From Euglena gracilis (taxonomy: Eukaryota), in assembly GCA_039621445.1 (NCBI GenBank), contig CP154954.1:36007703-36071702 (forward strand): a DNA stretch of 64,000 nucleotides. The letters run 5' to 3'. This document shows positions 12,501 through 26,658 of the stretch, in pieces. The notes under the pieces were generated by a model that saw only the letters and a list, made by a program, of their open reading frames with translations, did not search any database and was not told where the DNA came from. The number at the start of each line of letters is the position of its first letter. Position 1 is the first letter of the stretch. Both the position numbers and the translations under genes were made by a program.

Positions 12501-15500
12501 CAAGAAATCAGCACATTTAGATGGTTGCATTCGACCATTCCGGGGGACATTTACCAGGTCAGCCCAGGTTACCATGTAAAAATGGACCAAATTGGGCCTT
12601 ACTCCGAGTAACCGAATGGGTGTTCCAGGAGGCCTCCAAAGTCAGGGATCCGTTGGTTTTATGATTGGCGTGGTTTAATGGTAAGAAAAACATGCAGCGG
12701 GAATGTTGGTAGCAAGAAATGAGCTCATTTATATGGGTGCACTCCACCATTCCGGGGGATATTTACCAGGTCAGCCCAGGTTACCATGTAAAAATGGACC
12801 AAATTGGGCCTTACTCCGAGTAACCGAATGGTTGTTCCAGGGGGCCTCCAAAGTCAGGGGACCCGTTGGTTTCATGATTGCCGTGGTTTAATTGTAAGAA
12901 AAACATGCAGCGGGAATGTTGGTTGCAAGAATTTAGCACATTTAGAGGGTGCATTCGACCATTCCGGGGGACATTTACCAGGTCAGCCCAGGTTACCATG
13001 TAAAAATGGACCAAATTCGGCCTTACTCCGAGTAACCGAAAGGGTTTTACAGGAGGCCTCCAAAGTCAGGGGACCCGTTGGTTTCATGATTGCCGTGGTT
13101 TAATGGTAAGAAAAACATGCAGCGGGAATGTTGGTTGCAAGAAATGAGCACTTTTAGATGGGTGCATTCGACCATTCCGGGGGACATTTACCAGGTCAGC
13201 CCGGGTTACCATGTAAAAATGGACCAAACTGTGCCTTACTCCGAGTAACCGAATGGGTGGCCCAGGCGGCCTCCAAAGTCAGGGGACCCGTTGGTTTCAT
13301 GCTTGTCGGGGTTTTAATGGAAAGAAATACATGCAGCGGGAACGTTGGTTGCAGGAAATCAGCACATTTAGATGGTTGCATTCGACCATTCCGGGGGACA
13401 TTTACCAGTTCAGCCCAGGTTACTTTGTAAAAATGGACCAAATTGGGCCTTACTCCGAGTAACCGAATGGGTGTTCCAGGAGGCCTCCAAAGTCAAAGGA
13501 ACCGTTGGTTTCATGATTGTCGTGGTTTAATGGTAAGAAAAACATGTAGCGGGAATGTTGGTTGCAAGAAATGAGCACATTTAGATGCGTGCATTCGACC
13601 ATTCCCGGGGACATTTACCAGGTCAGCCCAGGTTACCATATAAAAATGGACCAAATTGGGCCTTACTCCGAGTAACCGAATGGGTGTTCCAGGAGGCCTC
13701 CAAAGTCAAAGGAACCGTTGGTTTCATGATTGTCGTGGTTTAATGGTAAGAAAAACATGCAGCGGGAATGTTTGTTGCAAGAAATGAGCACATTTAGATG
13801 GCTGCATTCGACCATTTTGGGGGACATTTACCAGGTCAGCCCAGGTTACCATGTAAAAATGGACCAAACTGGGCCTTACTCCGAGTAACCGAATGGGTCT
13901 CCCAGGAGGCCACCAAAGTCAGGGGACACGGTGATTTCATGATTTTCGTGGTTTAATGGTAAGAAAAACATGCAGCGGGAATGTTGGTTGCAAGAAAGGA
14001 GTTCATTTAGATGGGTGCATTCGACCATTCCGGGGGACATTTACCAGGTCAGCCCAGGTTACCATATAAAAATGGACCAAATTGGGCCTTACTCCGAGTA
14101 ACCGAATGGGTGTTCCAGGAGGCCTCCAAAGTCAGGGGACCCGTTGTTTTCATGATTGTCGTAGTTTAATGGTAAGAAAAACATGCAGCGGGAGTGTTGG
14201 TTGCAAGAAATGAGAACATTTAGACGCGTGCATTCGACCATTCCGGGGGACATTTACCAGGTCAGCCCAGGTTACCATTTAAAAGTGGACCAAATTGGGC
14301 CTTACTCCGAGTAACCGAATGGGTGTTCCAGGAGGCCTCCAAAGTCAGGGATCCGTTAGTTTTATGATTGGCGTGGTTTAATGGTAAGAAAAACATGCAG
14401 CGGGAATGTTTGTTGCAAGAAATGAGCACATTTAGATGGCTGCATTCGACCATTTTGGGGGACATTTACCAGGTCAGCCCAGGTTACCATGTAAAAATGG
14501 ACCAAACTGGGCCTTACTCCGAGTAACCGAATGGGTCTCCCAGGAGGCCACCAAAGTCAGAGGACTCGTTGGTTTCATGATTGTCTTTGTTTAATGGTAA
14601 GAAAAACAAGCAGCGGGACCCTTGGTTGCAAGAAATGAGCACGTTTAGATGGGTGCGTTCGACCATTCCGGCGGACATTTACCAGGTCAGCCCAGGTTAC
14701 CATGTAAAAATGGACCAAATTGGGCCTTACTCCGAGTAACCGAATGGGTGTTCCAGGAGGCCTCCAAAGTCAGGGGACCCGTTGGTTCCATGATTGTCGT
14801 GGTTTAATGGTCCAAAAAACATGCAGCGGGAACGTTGGTTGCAAGAAATCAGCACATTTAGATGGTTGCATTCGACCATTCCGGGGGACATTTACCAGGT
14901 CAGCCCAGGTTACCATGTAAAAATGGACCAAATTGGGCCTTACTCCGAGTAACCGAATGGGTGTTCCAGGAGGCCTCCAAAGTCAGGGATCCGTTGGTTT
15001 TATGATTGGCGTGGTTTAATGGTAAGAAAAACATGCAGCGGGAATGTTGGTAGCAAGAAATGAGCTCATTTATATGGGTGCACTCCACCATTCCGGGGGA
15101 TATTTACCAGGTCAGCCCAGGTTAGCATGTAAAAATGGACCAAATTGGGCCTTACTCCAAGTAACCGAATGGGTGTTCCAGGAGGCCTCCAAAATCAGGG
15201 GACCCGTTGGTTTCATGATTGTCGTGGTTTAATGGTAAGAAAACATGCAGCGGGAATGTTGGTTGCAAGAAATGAGCACATTTAGATGGGTGCATTCGAC
15301 CATTCCGGGGACATTTACCAGGTCAGCCCAGGTTACCATGTAAAAATGGACCAAATTGGGCCTTACTCCGAGTAACCGAATGGGTGTTCCAGGAGGCCTC
15401 CAAAGTCAGGGGACCCGTTGGTTTCATGATTGTCGTGGTTTAATGGTAAGAAAAACATGCAGCGGGAATGTTGGTTGCAAGAAATGAGCACATTTAGATG

Positions 15501-18500
15501 GGTGCATTCGACCATTCCGGGGGACATTTACCAGGTCAGCCCAGGTTACCATGTAAAAATGGACCAAATTGGGCCTTACTCCGAGTAACCGAATGGGTGT
15601 TCCAGGAGGCCTCCAAAGTCAGGGGACCCGTTGGTTTCATGATTGTCGTGGTTTAATGGTAAGAAAAACATGCAGCGGGAATGTTGGTTGCAAGAAATGA
15701 GCACATTTAGATGGGTGCATTCGACCATTCCGGGGGACATTTACCAGGTCAGCCCAGGTTACCATGTAAAAATGGACCAAATTGGGCCTTACTCCGAGTA
15801 ACCGAATGGGTGTTCCAGGAGGCCTCCAAAGTCAGGGGACCCGTTGGTTTCATGATTGTCGTGGTTTAATGGTAAGAAAAACACGCAGCGGTAACGTTGG
15901 TTGCAAGAAATGAGCACATTTAGATGGGTGCATTCGACCATTCCGGGGGACATTTACCAGGTCAGCCCAGGTTACCATGTAAAAATGGACCAAATTGGGC
16001 CTTACTCCGAGTAACCGAATGGGTGTTCCAGGAGGCCTCCAAAGTCAGGGGACCCGTTGGTTTCATGATTGTCGTGGTTTGATGGTAAGAAAAACGTGCA
16101 TCAGGAACGTTGGTTGCAAGAAATGAGCACATTTAGATGGGTGCATTCGACCATTCCGGGGGAAGTTTACCAGGTCATCCCAGGTTACCATGTAAAAATG
16201 GACCAAATTGGGCCTTACTCCGAGTAACCGAATGGGTGTTCCAGGAGGCCTCCAAAGTCAGGGGACCCGTTGGTTTCATGATTGTCGTGGTTTAATGGTA
16301 AGAAAAACATGCAGCGGGAACGTTGGTTGCAAGAAATCAGCACATTTAGATGGGTGCATTCGACCATTCCGGGGGACATTTACCAGGTCAGCCCAGGTTA
16401 CCATGTAAAAATGGACCAAATTGGGCCTTACTCCGAGTAACCGAATGGGTGTTCCAGGAGGCCTCCAAAGTCAGGGGACCCGTTGGTTTCATGATTGTCG
16501 TGGTTTAATGGTAAGAAAAACATGCAGCGGAATGTTGGTTGCAAGAAATGAGCACGTTTAGATGGGTGCATTCGACCATTCCGGGGGACATTTACCAGGT
16601 CAGCCCAGGTTACCATGTAAAAATGGACCAAATTGGGCCTTACTCCGAGTAACCGAATGGGTGTTCCAGGAGGCCTCCAAAGTCAGGGGACCCGTTGGTT
16701 TCATGATTGTCGTGGTTTAATGGTAAGAAAAACATGCAGCGGGAATGTTGGTTGCAAGAAATGAGCACATTTAGATGGGTGCATTCGACCATTCCGGGGG
16801 ACATTTACCAGGTCAGCCCAGGTTACCATGTAAAAATGGACCAAATTGGGCCTTACTCCGAGTAACCGAATGGGTGTTCCAGGAGGCCTCCAAAGTCAGG
16901 GGACCCGTTGGTTTCATGATTGTCGTGGTTTAATGGTAAGAAAAACATGCAGCTGGAATGTTGGTTGCAAGAAATGAGCACATTTAGAGGGTGCATTCGA
17001 CCATTCCGGGGGACATTTACCAGGTCAGCCCAGGTTACCATGTAAAAATGGACCAAATTGGGCCTTACTCCGAGTAACCGAATGGGTGTTCCAGGAGGCC
17101 TCCAAAGTCAGGGGACCCGTTGGTTTCATGATTGTCGTGGTTTAATGGTAAGAAAAACATGCAGCGGGAATGTTGGTTGCAAGAATGAGCACATTTAGAT
17201 GGGTGCATTCGACCATTCCGGGGGACATTTACCAGGTCAGCCCGGGTTACCATGGAAAAATGGACCAAACTGTGCCTTACTCTAAGTAACCGAATGGGTG
17301 GCCCAGGCGGCCTCTAAAGTCAGGGGACCCGTTGGTTTCATGCTTGTTGGGGTTTTAATGGAAAGAAATACATGCAGCGGGAACGTTGGTTGCAAGAAAT
17401 CAGCACATTTAGATGGTTGCATTCGACCATTCCGGGGGACATTAACCAGGTCAGCCCAGGTTACCATGTAAAAATGGACCAAATTGTGCCTTACTCCGAG
17501 TAACCGAATGGGTGGCCCAGGAGGCCTCCAAAGTCAGGGGACCCGTTGGTTTCATGATTGTCGGGGTTTAATGGTAAGAAAAACATGCAGCGGGAACGTT
17601 GGTTGCAGGAAATGAGCACATTTAGATGGTTGCATTCGACCATTCCGGGGGACATTTACCAGTTCAGCCCAGGTTACCATGTAAAAATGGACCAAATTGG
17701 GCCTTACTCCGAGTAACCGAATGGGTGTTCCAGGAGGCCTCCAAAGTCAGGGGACCCGTTGGTTTCATGATTGTCGTGGTTTAATGGTAAGAAAAACATG
17801 CAGCAGGAATGTTGGTTGCAAGAAATGAGCACGTTTAGTTGGGTGCATTCGACTATTCCGGGGGACATTTTCCAGGTCAGCCCAGGTTACCATGTAAAAA
17901 TGGACCAAATTGGGCCTTACTCCGAGTAACCGAATGGGTGTTCCAGGAGGCCTCCAAAGTCAGGGGACCCGTTGGTTTAATGATTGTCGTGGTTTAATGG
18001 TAAGAAAAACATGCAGCGGGAATGTTGGTTGCAAGAATTTAGCACATTTAGATGGTTGCATTCGACCATTCCGGGGGACATTTACCAGGTCAGCCCAGGT
18101 TACCATGTAAAAATGGACCAAATTGGGCCTTACTCCGAGTAACCGAATGGGTGTTCCAGGAGGCCTCCAAAGTCAGGGGACCCGTTGGTTTCATGATTGT
18201 CGTGGTTTAATGGTAAGAAAAACATGCAGCTGGAATGTTGGTTGCAAGAATTTAGCACATTTAGATGGGTGCATTCGACCATTCCGGGGGACATTTACCA
18301 GGTCAGCCCAGGTTACCATGTAAAAATGGACCAAATTCGGCCTTACTCCGAGTAACCGAAAGGGTTTTACAGGAGGCCTCCAAAGTCAGGGGACCCGTTG
18401 GTTTCATGATTGCCGTGGTTTAATGGTAAGAAAAACATGCAGCGGGAATGTTGGTTGCAAGAAATGAGCACTTTTAGATGGGTGCATTCGACCATTCCGG

Positions 18501-21500
18501 GGGACATTTACCAGGTCAGCCCAGGTTACCATGTAAAAATGGACCAAATTGGGCCTTACTCCGAGTAACCGAATGGGTGGCCCAGGAGGCCTCCAAAGTC
18601 AGGGGACCCGTTGGTTTCATGATTGTCGTGGTTTAATGGTAAGAAAAACATGCAGCGGGAACGTTGGTTGCAAGAAATGAGCACATTTAGATGGTGCATT
18701 CGACCATTCCGGGGGACATTTACCAGGTCAGCCCAGGTTACCATGTAAAAATGGACCAAATTGGGCCTTACTCCGAGTAACCGAATGGGTGTTCCAGGAG
18801 GCCTCCAAAGTCAAAGGAACCGTTGGTTTCATGATTGTCGTGGTTTAATGGTAAGAAAAACATGCAGCGGGAATGTTAGTTGCAAGAAATGAGCACATTT
18901 AGATGGCTGCATTCGACCATTCCGGGGGACATTTACCAGGTCAGCCCAGGTTACCATGTAAAAATGGACCAAATTTGGCCTTACTCCGAGTAACCGAATG
19001 GGTGTTCCAGGAGGCCTCCAAAGTCAGGGGACCCGTTGGTTTCATGATTGTCGTGGTTTAATGGTAAGAAAAACATGCAGCGGGAATGTTGGTTGCAAGA
19101 AATGAGCACATTTAGATGGGTGCATTCGACCATTCCCGGGGACATTTACCAGGTCAGCCCAGGTTACCATATAAAAATGGACCAAATTGGGCCTTACTCT
19201 AAGTAACCGAATGGGTGGCCCAGGAGGCCTCCAAAGTCAGGGGAACCGTTGGTTTCATGATTGTCGTGGTTTAATGGTAAGAAAAACATGCAGCTGGAAT
19301 GTTGGTTGCAAGAATTTAGCACATTTAGAGGGTGCATTCGACCATTCCGGGGGACATTTACCAGGTCAGCCCAGGTTACCATGTAAAAATGGACCAAATT
19401 GGGCCTTACTCCGAGTAACCGAATGGTTGTTCCAGGGGGCCTCCAAAGTCAGGGGACCCGTTGGTTTCATGATTGCCGTGGTTTAATTTTAAGAAAAACA
19501 TGCAGCGGGAATGTTGGTTGCAAGAATTTAGCACATTTAGAGGGTGCATTCGACCATTCCGGGGGACATTTACCAGGTCAGCCCAGGTTACCATGTAAAA
19601 ATGGACCAAATTCGGCCTTACTCCGAGTAACCGAAAGGGTTTTACAGGAGGCCTCCAAAGTCAGGGGACCCGTTGGTTTCATGATTGCCGTGGTTTAATG
19701 GTAAGAAAAACATGCAGCGGGAATGTTGGTTGCAAGAAATGAGCACTTTTAGATGGGTGCATTCGACCATTCCGGGGGACATTTACCAGGTCAGCCCGGG
19801 TTACCATGTAAAAATGGACCAAACTGTGCCTTACTCTAAGTAACCGAATGGGTGGCCCAGGCGGCCTCTAAAGTCGGGGGACCCGTTGGTTTCATGATTG
19901 TCGGGGTTTAATGGAAAGAAATACATGCAGCGGGAACGTTGGTTGCAAGAAATCAGCACATTTAGATGGTTGCATTCGACCATTCCGGGGGACATTAACC
20001 AGGTCAGCCCAGGTTACCATGTAAAAATGGACCAAATTGTGCCTTACTCCGAGTAACCGAATGGGTGGCCCAGGAGGCCTCCAAAGTCAGGGGACCCGTT
20101 GGTTTCATGATTGTCGGGGTTTAATGGTAAGAAAAACATGCAGCGGGAACGTTGGTTGCAGGAAATGAGCACATTTAGATGGTTGCATTCGACCATTCCG
20201 GGGGACATTTACCAGTTCAGCCCAGGTTACTTTGTAAAAATGGACCAAATTGGGCCTTACTCCGAGTAACCGAATGGGTGTTCCAGAAGGCCTCCAAAGT
20301 CAAAGGAACCGTTGGTTTCATGATTGTCGTGGTTTAATGGTAAGAAAAACATGCAGCGGGAATGTTAGTTGCAAGAAATGAGCACATTTAGATGGCTGCA
20401 TTCGACCATTCCGGGGGACATTTACCAGGTCAGCCCAGGTTACCATGTAAAAATGGACCAAATTTGGCCTTACTCCGAGTAACCGAATGGGTGGCCCAGG
20501 AGGCCTCCAAAGTCAGGGGACCCGTTGGTTTCATGATTGTCGTGGTTTAATGGTAAGAAAAACATGCAGCGGGAATGTTGGTTGCAAGAAATGAGCACAT
20601 TTAGATGGGTGCATTCGACCATTCCGGGGGACATTTACCAGGTCAGCCCAGGTTACCATGTAAAAATGGACCAAATTGGGCCTTACTCCGAGTAACCGAA
20701 TGGGTGTTCCAGGAGGCCTCCAAAGTCAGGGGACACGTTGGTTTCATGATTGTCGTGGTTTAATGGTAAGAAAAACATGCAGCGGGAATGTTGGTTGCAA
20801 GAAATGAGAACATTTAGATGGGTGCATTCGACCATTCCGGGGGACATTTACCAGGTCAGCCCAGGTTACCATGTAAAAATGGACCAAATTGGGCCTTACT
20901 CCGAGTAACCGAATGGGTGTTCCAGGAGGCCTCCAAAGTCAGGGGACCCGTTGTTTCATGATTGTCGTGGTTTAATGGTAAGAAAAACATGCAGCGGGAA
21001 TGTTGGTTGCAAGAAATGAGCACATTTAGATGGTGCATTCGACCATTCCGGGGGACATTTACCAGGTCAGCCCAGGTTACCATGTAAAAATGGACCAAAT
21101 TGGGCCTTACTCCGAGTAACCGAATGGGTGTTCCAGGAGGCCTCCAAAGTCAGGGGACCCGTTGGTTTCATGATTGTCGTGGTTTAATGGTAAGAAAAAC
21201 ATGCAGCGGGAACCTTGGTTGCAAGAAATGAGCACATTTAGATGGCTGCATTCGACCATTTTGGGGGACATTTACCAGGTCAGCCCAGGTTACCATGTAA
21301 AAATGGACCAAACTGGGCCTTACTCCGAGTAACCGAATGGGTCTCCCAGGAGGCCACCAAAGTCAGAGGACCCGTTGGTTTCATGATTGTCTTTGTTTAA
21401 TGGTAAGAAAAACATGCAGCGGGACCCTTGGTTGCAAGAAATGAGCACGTTTAGATGGGTGCGTTCGACCATTCCGGGGGACATTTACCAGGTCAGCCCA

Positions 21501-22835
21501 GGTTACCATGTAAAAATGGACCAAATTGGGCCTTACTCCGAGTAACCGAATGGGTGTTCCAGGAGGCCTCCAAAGTCAGGGGACCCGTTGGTTCCACGAC
21601 TGTCGTGGTTTAATGGTCCGAAAAACATGCAGCGGGAACGTTGGTTGCAAGAAATCAGCACATTTAGATGGTTGCATTCGACCATTCCGGGGGACATTTA
21701 CCAGGTCAGCCCAGGTTACCATGTAAAAATGGACCAAATTGGGCCTTACTCCGAGTAACCGAATGGGTGTTCCAGGAGGCCTCCAAAGTCAAAGGAACCG
21801 TTGGTTTCATGATTGTCGTGGTTTAATGGTAAGAAAAACATGCAGCGGGAATGTTGGTTGCAAGAAATGAGCACATTTAGATGGCTGCATTCGACCATTC
21901 CGGGGGACATTTACCAGGTCAGCCCAGGTTACCATGTAAAAATGGACCAAATTGGGCCTTACTCCGAGTAACCGAATGGGTGTTCCAGGAGGCCTCCAAA
22001 GTCAGGGATCCGTTGGTTTTATGATTGGCGTGGTTTAATGGTAAGAAAAACATGCAGCGGGAATGTTGGTTGCAAGAAATGAGCTCATTTATATGGGTGC
22101 ACTCCACCATTCCGGGGGATATTTACCAGGTCAGCCCAGGTTAGCATGTAAAAATGGACCAAATTGGGCCTTACTCCAAGTAACCGAATGGGTGTTCCAG
22201 GAGGCCTCCAAAGTCAGGGGACCCGTTGGTTTCATGATTGTCGTGGTTTAATTGTAAGAAAAACATGCAGCGGGACCCTTGGTTGCAAGAAATGATCACG
22301 TTTAGATGGGTGCATTCGACCATTCCGGGGGACATTTACCAGGTCAGCCCAGGTTACCATGTAAAAATGGACCAAATTGGGCCTTACTCCGAGTAACCGA
22401 ATGGGTGTTCCAGGAGGCCTCCAAAGTCAAAGGTACCGTTGGTTTCATGATTGTCGTGGTTTAATGGTAAGAAAAACATGCAGCGGGAATGTTGGTTGCA
22501 AGAAATGAGCACATTTAGATGGCTGCATTCGACCATTCCGGGGGACATTTACCAGGTCAGCCCAGGTTACCATGTAAAAATGGACCAAATTTGGCCTTAC
22601 TCCGAGTAACCGAATGGGTGGCCCAGGAGGCCTGCAAAGTCAGGGGACCCGTTGGTTTCATGATTGTCGTGGTTTAATGGTCAGAAAAACATGCAGCGGG
22701 AATGTTGGTTGCAAGAAAGGAGTTCATTTAGATGGGATCATTCGAGCATTCCGGGGGACATTTACCAGGTCAGCCCAGGTTACCATGTAAAAATGGACCA
22801 AATTGGGCCTTACTCCGAGTAACCGAATGGGTGTT
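6563..22835 (+). repeat. 213-bp tandem satellite, ~76 monomers
   Basis: Period 213 (CCTTACTCCG at 15361 and 15574). Monomer gggtgcattcgaccattccgggggacatttaccagg...gagcacatttagat. Confidence 0.98.
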
Positions 22836-23254
22836 TGTGTACCAGGCGGCATGAACATGGCACTGTGCATAGCAGCAGACTGCAGAATGTACAATGTCAT
22901 GCCAGATAGTACTATTCCATGTTCTGCAATACAAATTGCAGAATTAGGAATAGCCTATCCTATCTCGGATCTGCCTTCTCTTTTCACAGGTGGTATTATT
23001 GTTTTGCTTTGTGTTTCATCAGCCCAAAAGGGCAAATCAAAGATCTGAAGGTTTGAACTCCGATAGGAGAACACGACTGGAACTGAAGTTCCAAAATCAC
23101 ACCTGGTTTGCCTTGTGCTCTGCATAAGCCCAAAGGCAATAAAAACTAATAGTTAAGTGAAAGACTTTCTTTTTGTTACTCTCCTGGTTCTGTTCCCACG
23201 GGAGGGTGTAAGTAGGCCGACGGGCAGTGGGAATAGAGTCAGGGGACGTACACT
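22836..23254 (+). repeat. 5' LTR of Y (419 bp)
   Basis: Same termini as the X LTRs but a distinct central segment (~22995-23080). Confidence 0.9.
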
Positions 23255-23339
23255 TGGTAGCAAAATAGGTTACGAACCTACACACACTTCACAAACAGAA
23301 AGACTACCAAGGAGTACACTTGGTAGCAGATTTGGTTTC
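23255..23339 (+). promoter_or_regulatory. Duplicated primer-binding site of Y
   Basis: GTACACTTGGTAGCA occurs at 23248 and 23314; the full PBS TGGTAGCAGATTTGGTTTC is at 23321-23339. Confidence 0.7.
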
Positions 23340-23571
23340 TTTCCTACGTCCCTTCTCCCCCCTTCTCCCCCTCCTCTTAACAGGTGACTTCAAACAGTGA
23401 GTGGTGCTGAGCCTATAGGCTACAAAGCATCCACGAGCTGTTTGGAGCCTACTTCCAAGCACAGGTACAAGCTTCAGGAGGCTCTGGGCAGTATACGCTG
23501 CCATATCCTTCTAAGTTTGTTCCTTTGCTTACCTTTTTGGGTTTGCTTGTGTTTTTTCTGCAAATAAAAAT

Positions 23572-26500
23572 ATGCAGAGCTCAAGCACCAACACACTCAT
23601 TGATTACCAAGAATTGATAAGTTCTTTGAGAAGCACTTGTCATGAATTGTTGCAAGAGGAGTATACGCTCCAGTCCAGGTATACCCCAAGCTCTGTAGAG
23701 CATCCCCACGCCAAAACTTCCAGCTCTATTGAGCATCCCCCCACCCCAGTGATTTCCAGCTCTATTGAGCACCCCCCACCCCAGCTTTCAGCTCTATTGA
23801 GCATCCCCTTACTGTAATTTTCAGCTCTACTGAGCACTCCCCCACCCCGTTTTCCAGCTCTATCGAGCATTCCCCCCACAGCTCTATCGAGCAACCACCC
23901 ACCCAATGGGTGCCACACCTAACGGTGTCCAGCTCTATCGAGCATCCCCCCACAGTGGCCAGCTCTATTGAGCAATTACCTCCAACCCCCAGCTCTATAG
24001 AGCATTTCCCCACCGTTCCCAGCTCTATAGAGCATTCCAACACCCAAAGGGTGCAAAACCTAACGGTATCAAGCTCCATCGAGCATTTCCCCACCCAGGA
24101 GTTTCCACACCTAACGGTGTTTGATTTAGGCGATAACCCCGCTGCGCAATGGGTGCAACGCCTATCGGCGTGTGGCTCTATTGAGCAACCCATCGCCCAG
24201 TGTGATTATCAAAGTCAGGCATCTTGTTGTACTTCTATGCAACCAGATGTCGCAACGGTGCCTACAGGCACAATTGACAAATGTCCTCCAAAGGAAGACA
24301 CACCCGCACAAAACTCTCAGGCACCGAGCGAAAATTTGTGTGAGATGCAATCCAGCAATGATGCGGCATTTTTGCACATGCAACATAGTTTGCAAAATTT
24401 GTTTGCAAAAGTGGAGCCAATAACGGCACTTTTTGAGCACAAAAATCCTAATATGGGAGCTTTTGTTACCTTGAAGCAGTTCAATGCATTCCAAGAAGCG
24501 CAACAGCGCATTATGCAACTGATCCGTGAATCGGCAAGTTTTCACCATATGCACACCCAACCTGGTGAATCTTTCGCTTCCAGCACTTATGTGCAGCAAT
24601 TGGAGGAAAGACTTTCCCGGTTGGAGCGAAAGTCATGTAGGTGTGGTGAAAATTCTGCTGAAATAACAAGTTTTTACTCCCATATCGCGAATATCGCAAG
24701 CAGACAGGATGCGTACCACCAACGGTGGCAGAACAATATTGTTGACATCCAGACCGCAATTGCGGAGTTGCAGAACCACACTGCGGTACCATGTTCACAT
24801 AATTTAGAATTTCAGCGACTTTCTGCAGATATGTGTGATGAAAATCACCAAGTCAGAAAAGAAAATTGTGACAGTCCGATACGGACCGAGGAAACAGTGA
24901 ATCAGCAAGTCAAAAACTTGCAAAAAGATTTCTCAGCGCTAGTTTCGGTGTTTTTGGAACAGCCAATGGCTGAAAACGTGCGGAATCCGCAAAATACCCC
25001 TCCTTCAAAACCATCTCCACAACCGGAGTCTATTTCCGAAGCCGTGCACACTCTAGCTGTGCGACTACGGGAATTGGAAGGTGGTTTTGGAAGAATTTCG
25101 CAAGATTTCCGGTCTTTTTCTGACAAAATCCCTCTTCTGGACGATATGTCCAAACACCGCAGGCGTATTAAGCGTTTGCAGGAAGATATTGGTGCAATCA
25201 CCGATCATCTGAAAATTCTAGATGATTTGGAGAAAAATTTTCGTGACTTTACAGAAAATTTGGATCAAGTACACGCACAATTGCTTTTTTACAACAAAAA
25301 CCCAATATGGGTGTTGTAGGCACACTTGCCGCAGATTCCAGCTGCAAAAGCGTTAATAGCGCACCTGTGGCAGAGCCTATTGGCACGTTGCCACAAAATT
25401 ACGATTCTGCTCATGCAGTGGTCCCTCCCCCAGCGGTACCAGTCCCAATGGACCATTTTTTGGATGATGGGGTTGGTTTTCAAGAGAAAGCCAAGCGAAA
25501 CCCTCAAAGAAATCGAAAAATTTGCGAATATGAACTTTGTCGCGGTATGAGCCGCACTCCCTAACACGCTATTGATCCTGAGATGCATCAGCATCACCAT
25601 TCGCGCATTCGCGATTCACCAAGTTTGCAAGGTACCTATGGTACACCAAGTGGAATATTGAATGCGCAGTCGCAAAATACAGCCAAAAGTACTCTTGGTG
25701 CAACCGCCGAGGTACCCGCGCATGGTGCGGTTTTGCGCCCAGGCCCAACCTCCTTGAATACCACCGGAGGGCCATGGGAGTCTCATAAAGATATAAAAGG
25801 AATCATCTCTATAGCGAAAAAGGTAAAGCCCCAATGGGACGGTGACCCAACAACATGGAAACAGTTTTTTCGTGATTGGGAATATTATTGGGATCTGAAA
25901 GGATCAACTTACAACGGAAACCCAGAGGTGATCAAAATGGAATTCGTAGATTGTCTACCAAAAGATGAAAAGGAACGCGCCAGACAATTGGTCATTCGCG
26001 GGCGCATTTCTTTTCAGAATTTGGTTGAGCAATATGCTTCATCATGTTCCAGTTTAGTTTCCAGAATCACTCTGGAGAAAAAATGGCGGCAATATGCCCC
26101 CCATGATCGAAAATGGAGGTCGATAGACCTATGGTACTCAAAATGGCTCTGTTTGGCAGCCGAAGTAGACGAGTTAGGCGAAACCCAAATGAAAGAGCAA
26201 TTTGACGCAGTATTACTGCACTTTATACCCAATAATTCTAAACAATTGAAGCTATCACAGCTTCTCGGACAAATTCAGTCGGCTTATACGAGCCACCCCA
26301 CAGCAGGAATACCCGCTATCCAAGTTAGTTTTATGAAAAATGTATCACGCTTATCCCATACCGCTATGGCGGGATCCAAATTGCGCGATTCGCGCTCTTC
26401 AGAAGAATTCTCGGACAAATTGTGCTTTTTGTGCAACACAAAGGGTCATATATCTTGCCATTGTCCAAATCCTGCAGCGCGAAAGCGCAACACAAGCCCA

Positions 26501-26658
26501 AGAGGATCAGCCTCATCATATGCGCAATCGCAAAAATCCCAAAACAGGTTTGATACCAGTAAATATCCGCACTCGCGATCCAAATGTTCGCATTGCGGAT
26601 CCTATAAACACCCCTCACCTAAATGTCGCTATGCGACTCCTCCCCACCCAAGCCATAG
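23572..26658 (+). pseudogene. gag: Disrupted Gag-like ORF of Y
   Basis: Homologous to X gag, with CCHC knuckles at 26423-26464 and 26585-26626. Frameshift at ~25285, stop at 25562, ~70-bp deletion at ~26232, truncated by the X LTR. Confidence 0.85.

Larger units (their letters stand above)
22836..26658 (+). mobile_element. LTR retroelement Y, 5' half, inserted in satellite and interrupted by X
   Basis: Satellite ...gaatgggtgtt joins directly to TGTGTACC. LTR, PBS and gag are collinear with X. Confidence 0.88.

Noticed and set aside
15361-15573. Satellite monomer as a tandem 5S rRNA, tRNA or spliced-leader gene
   Set aside because: No recognisable RNA-gene sequence or fold by eye; an Rfam search would settle it.
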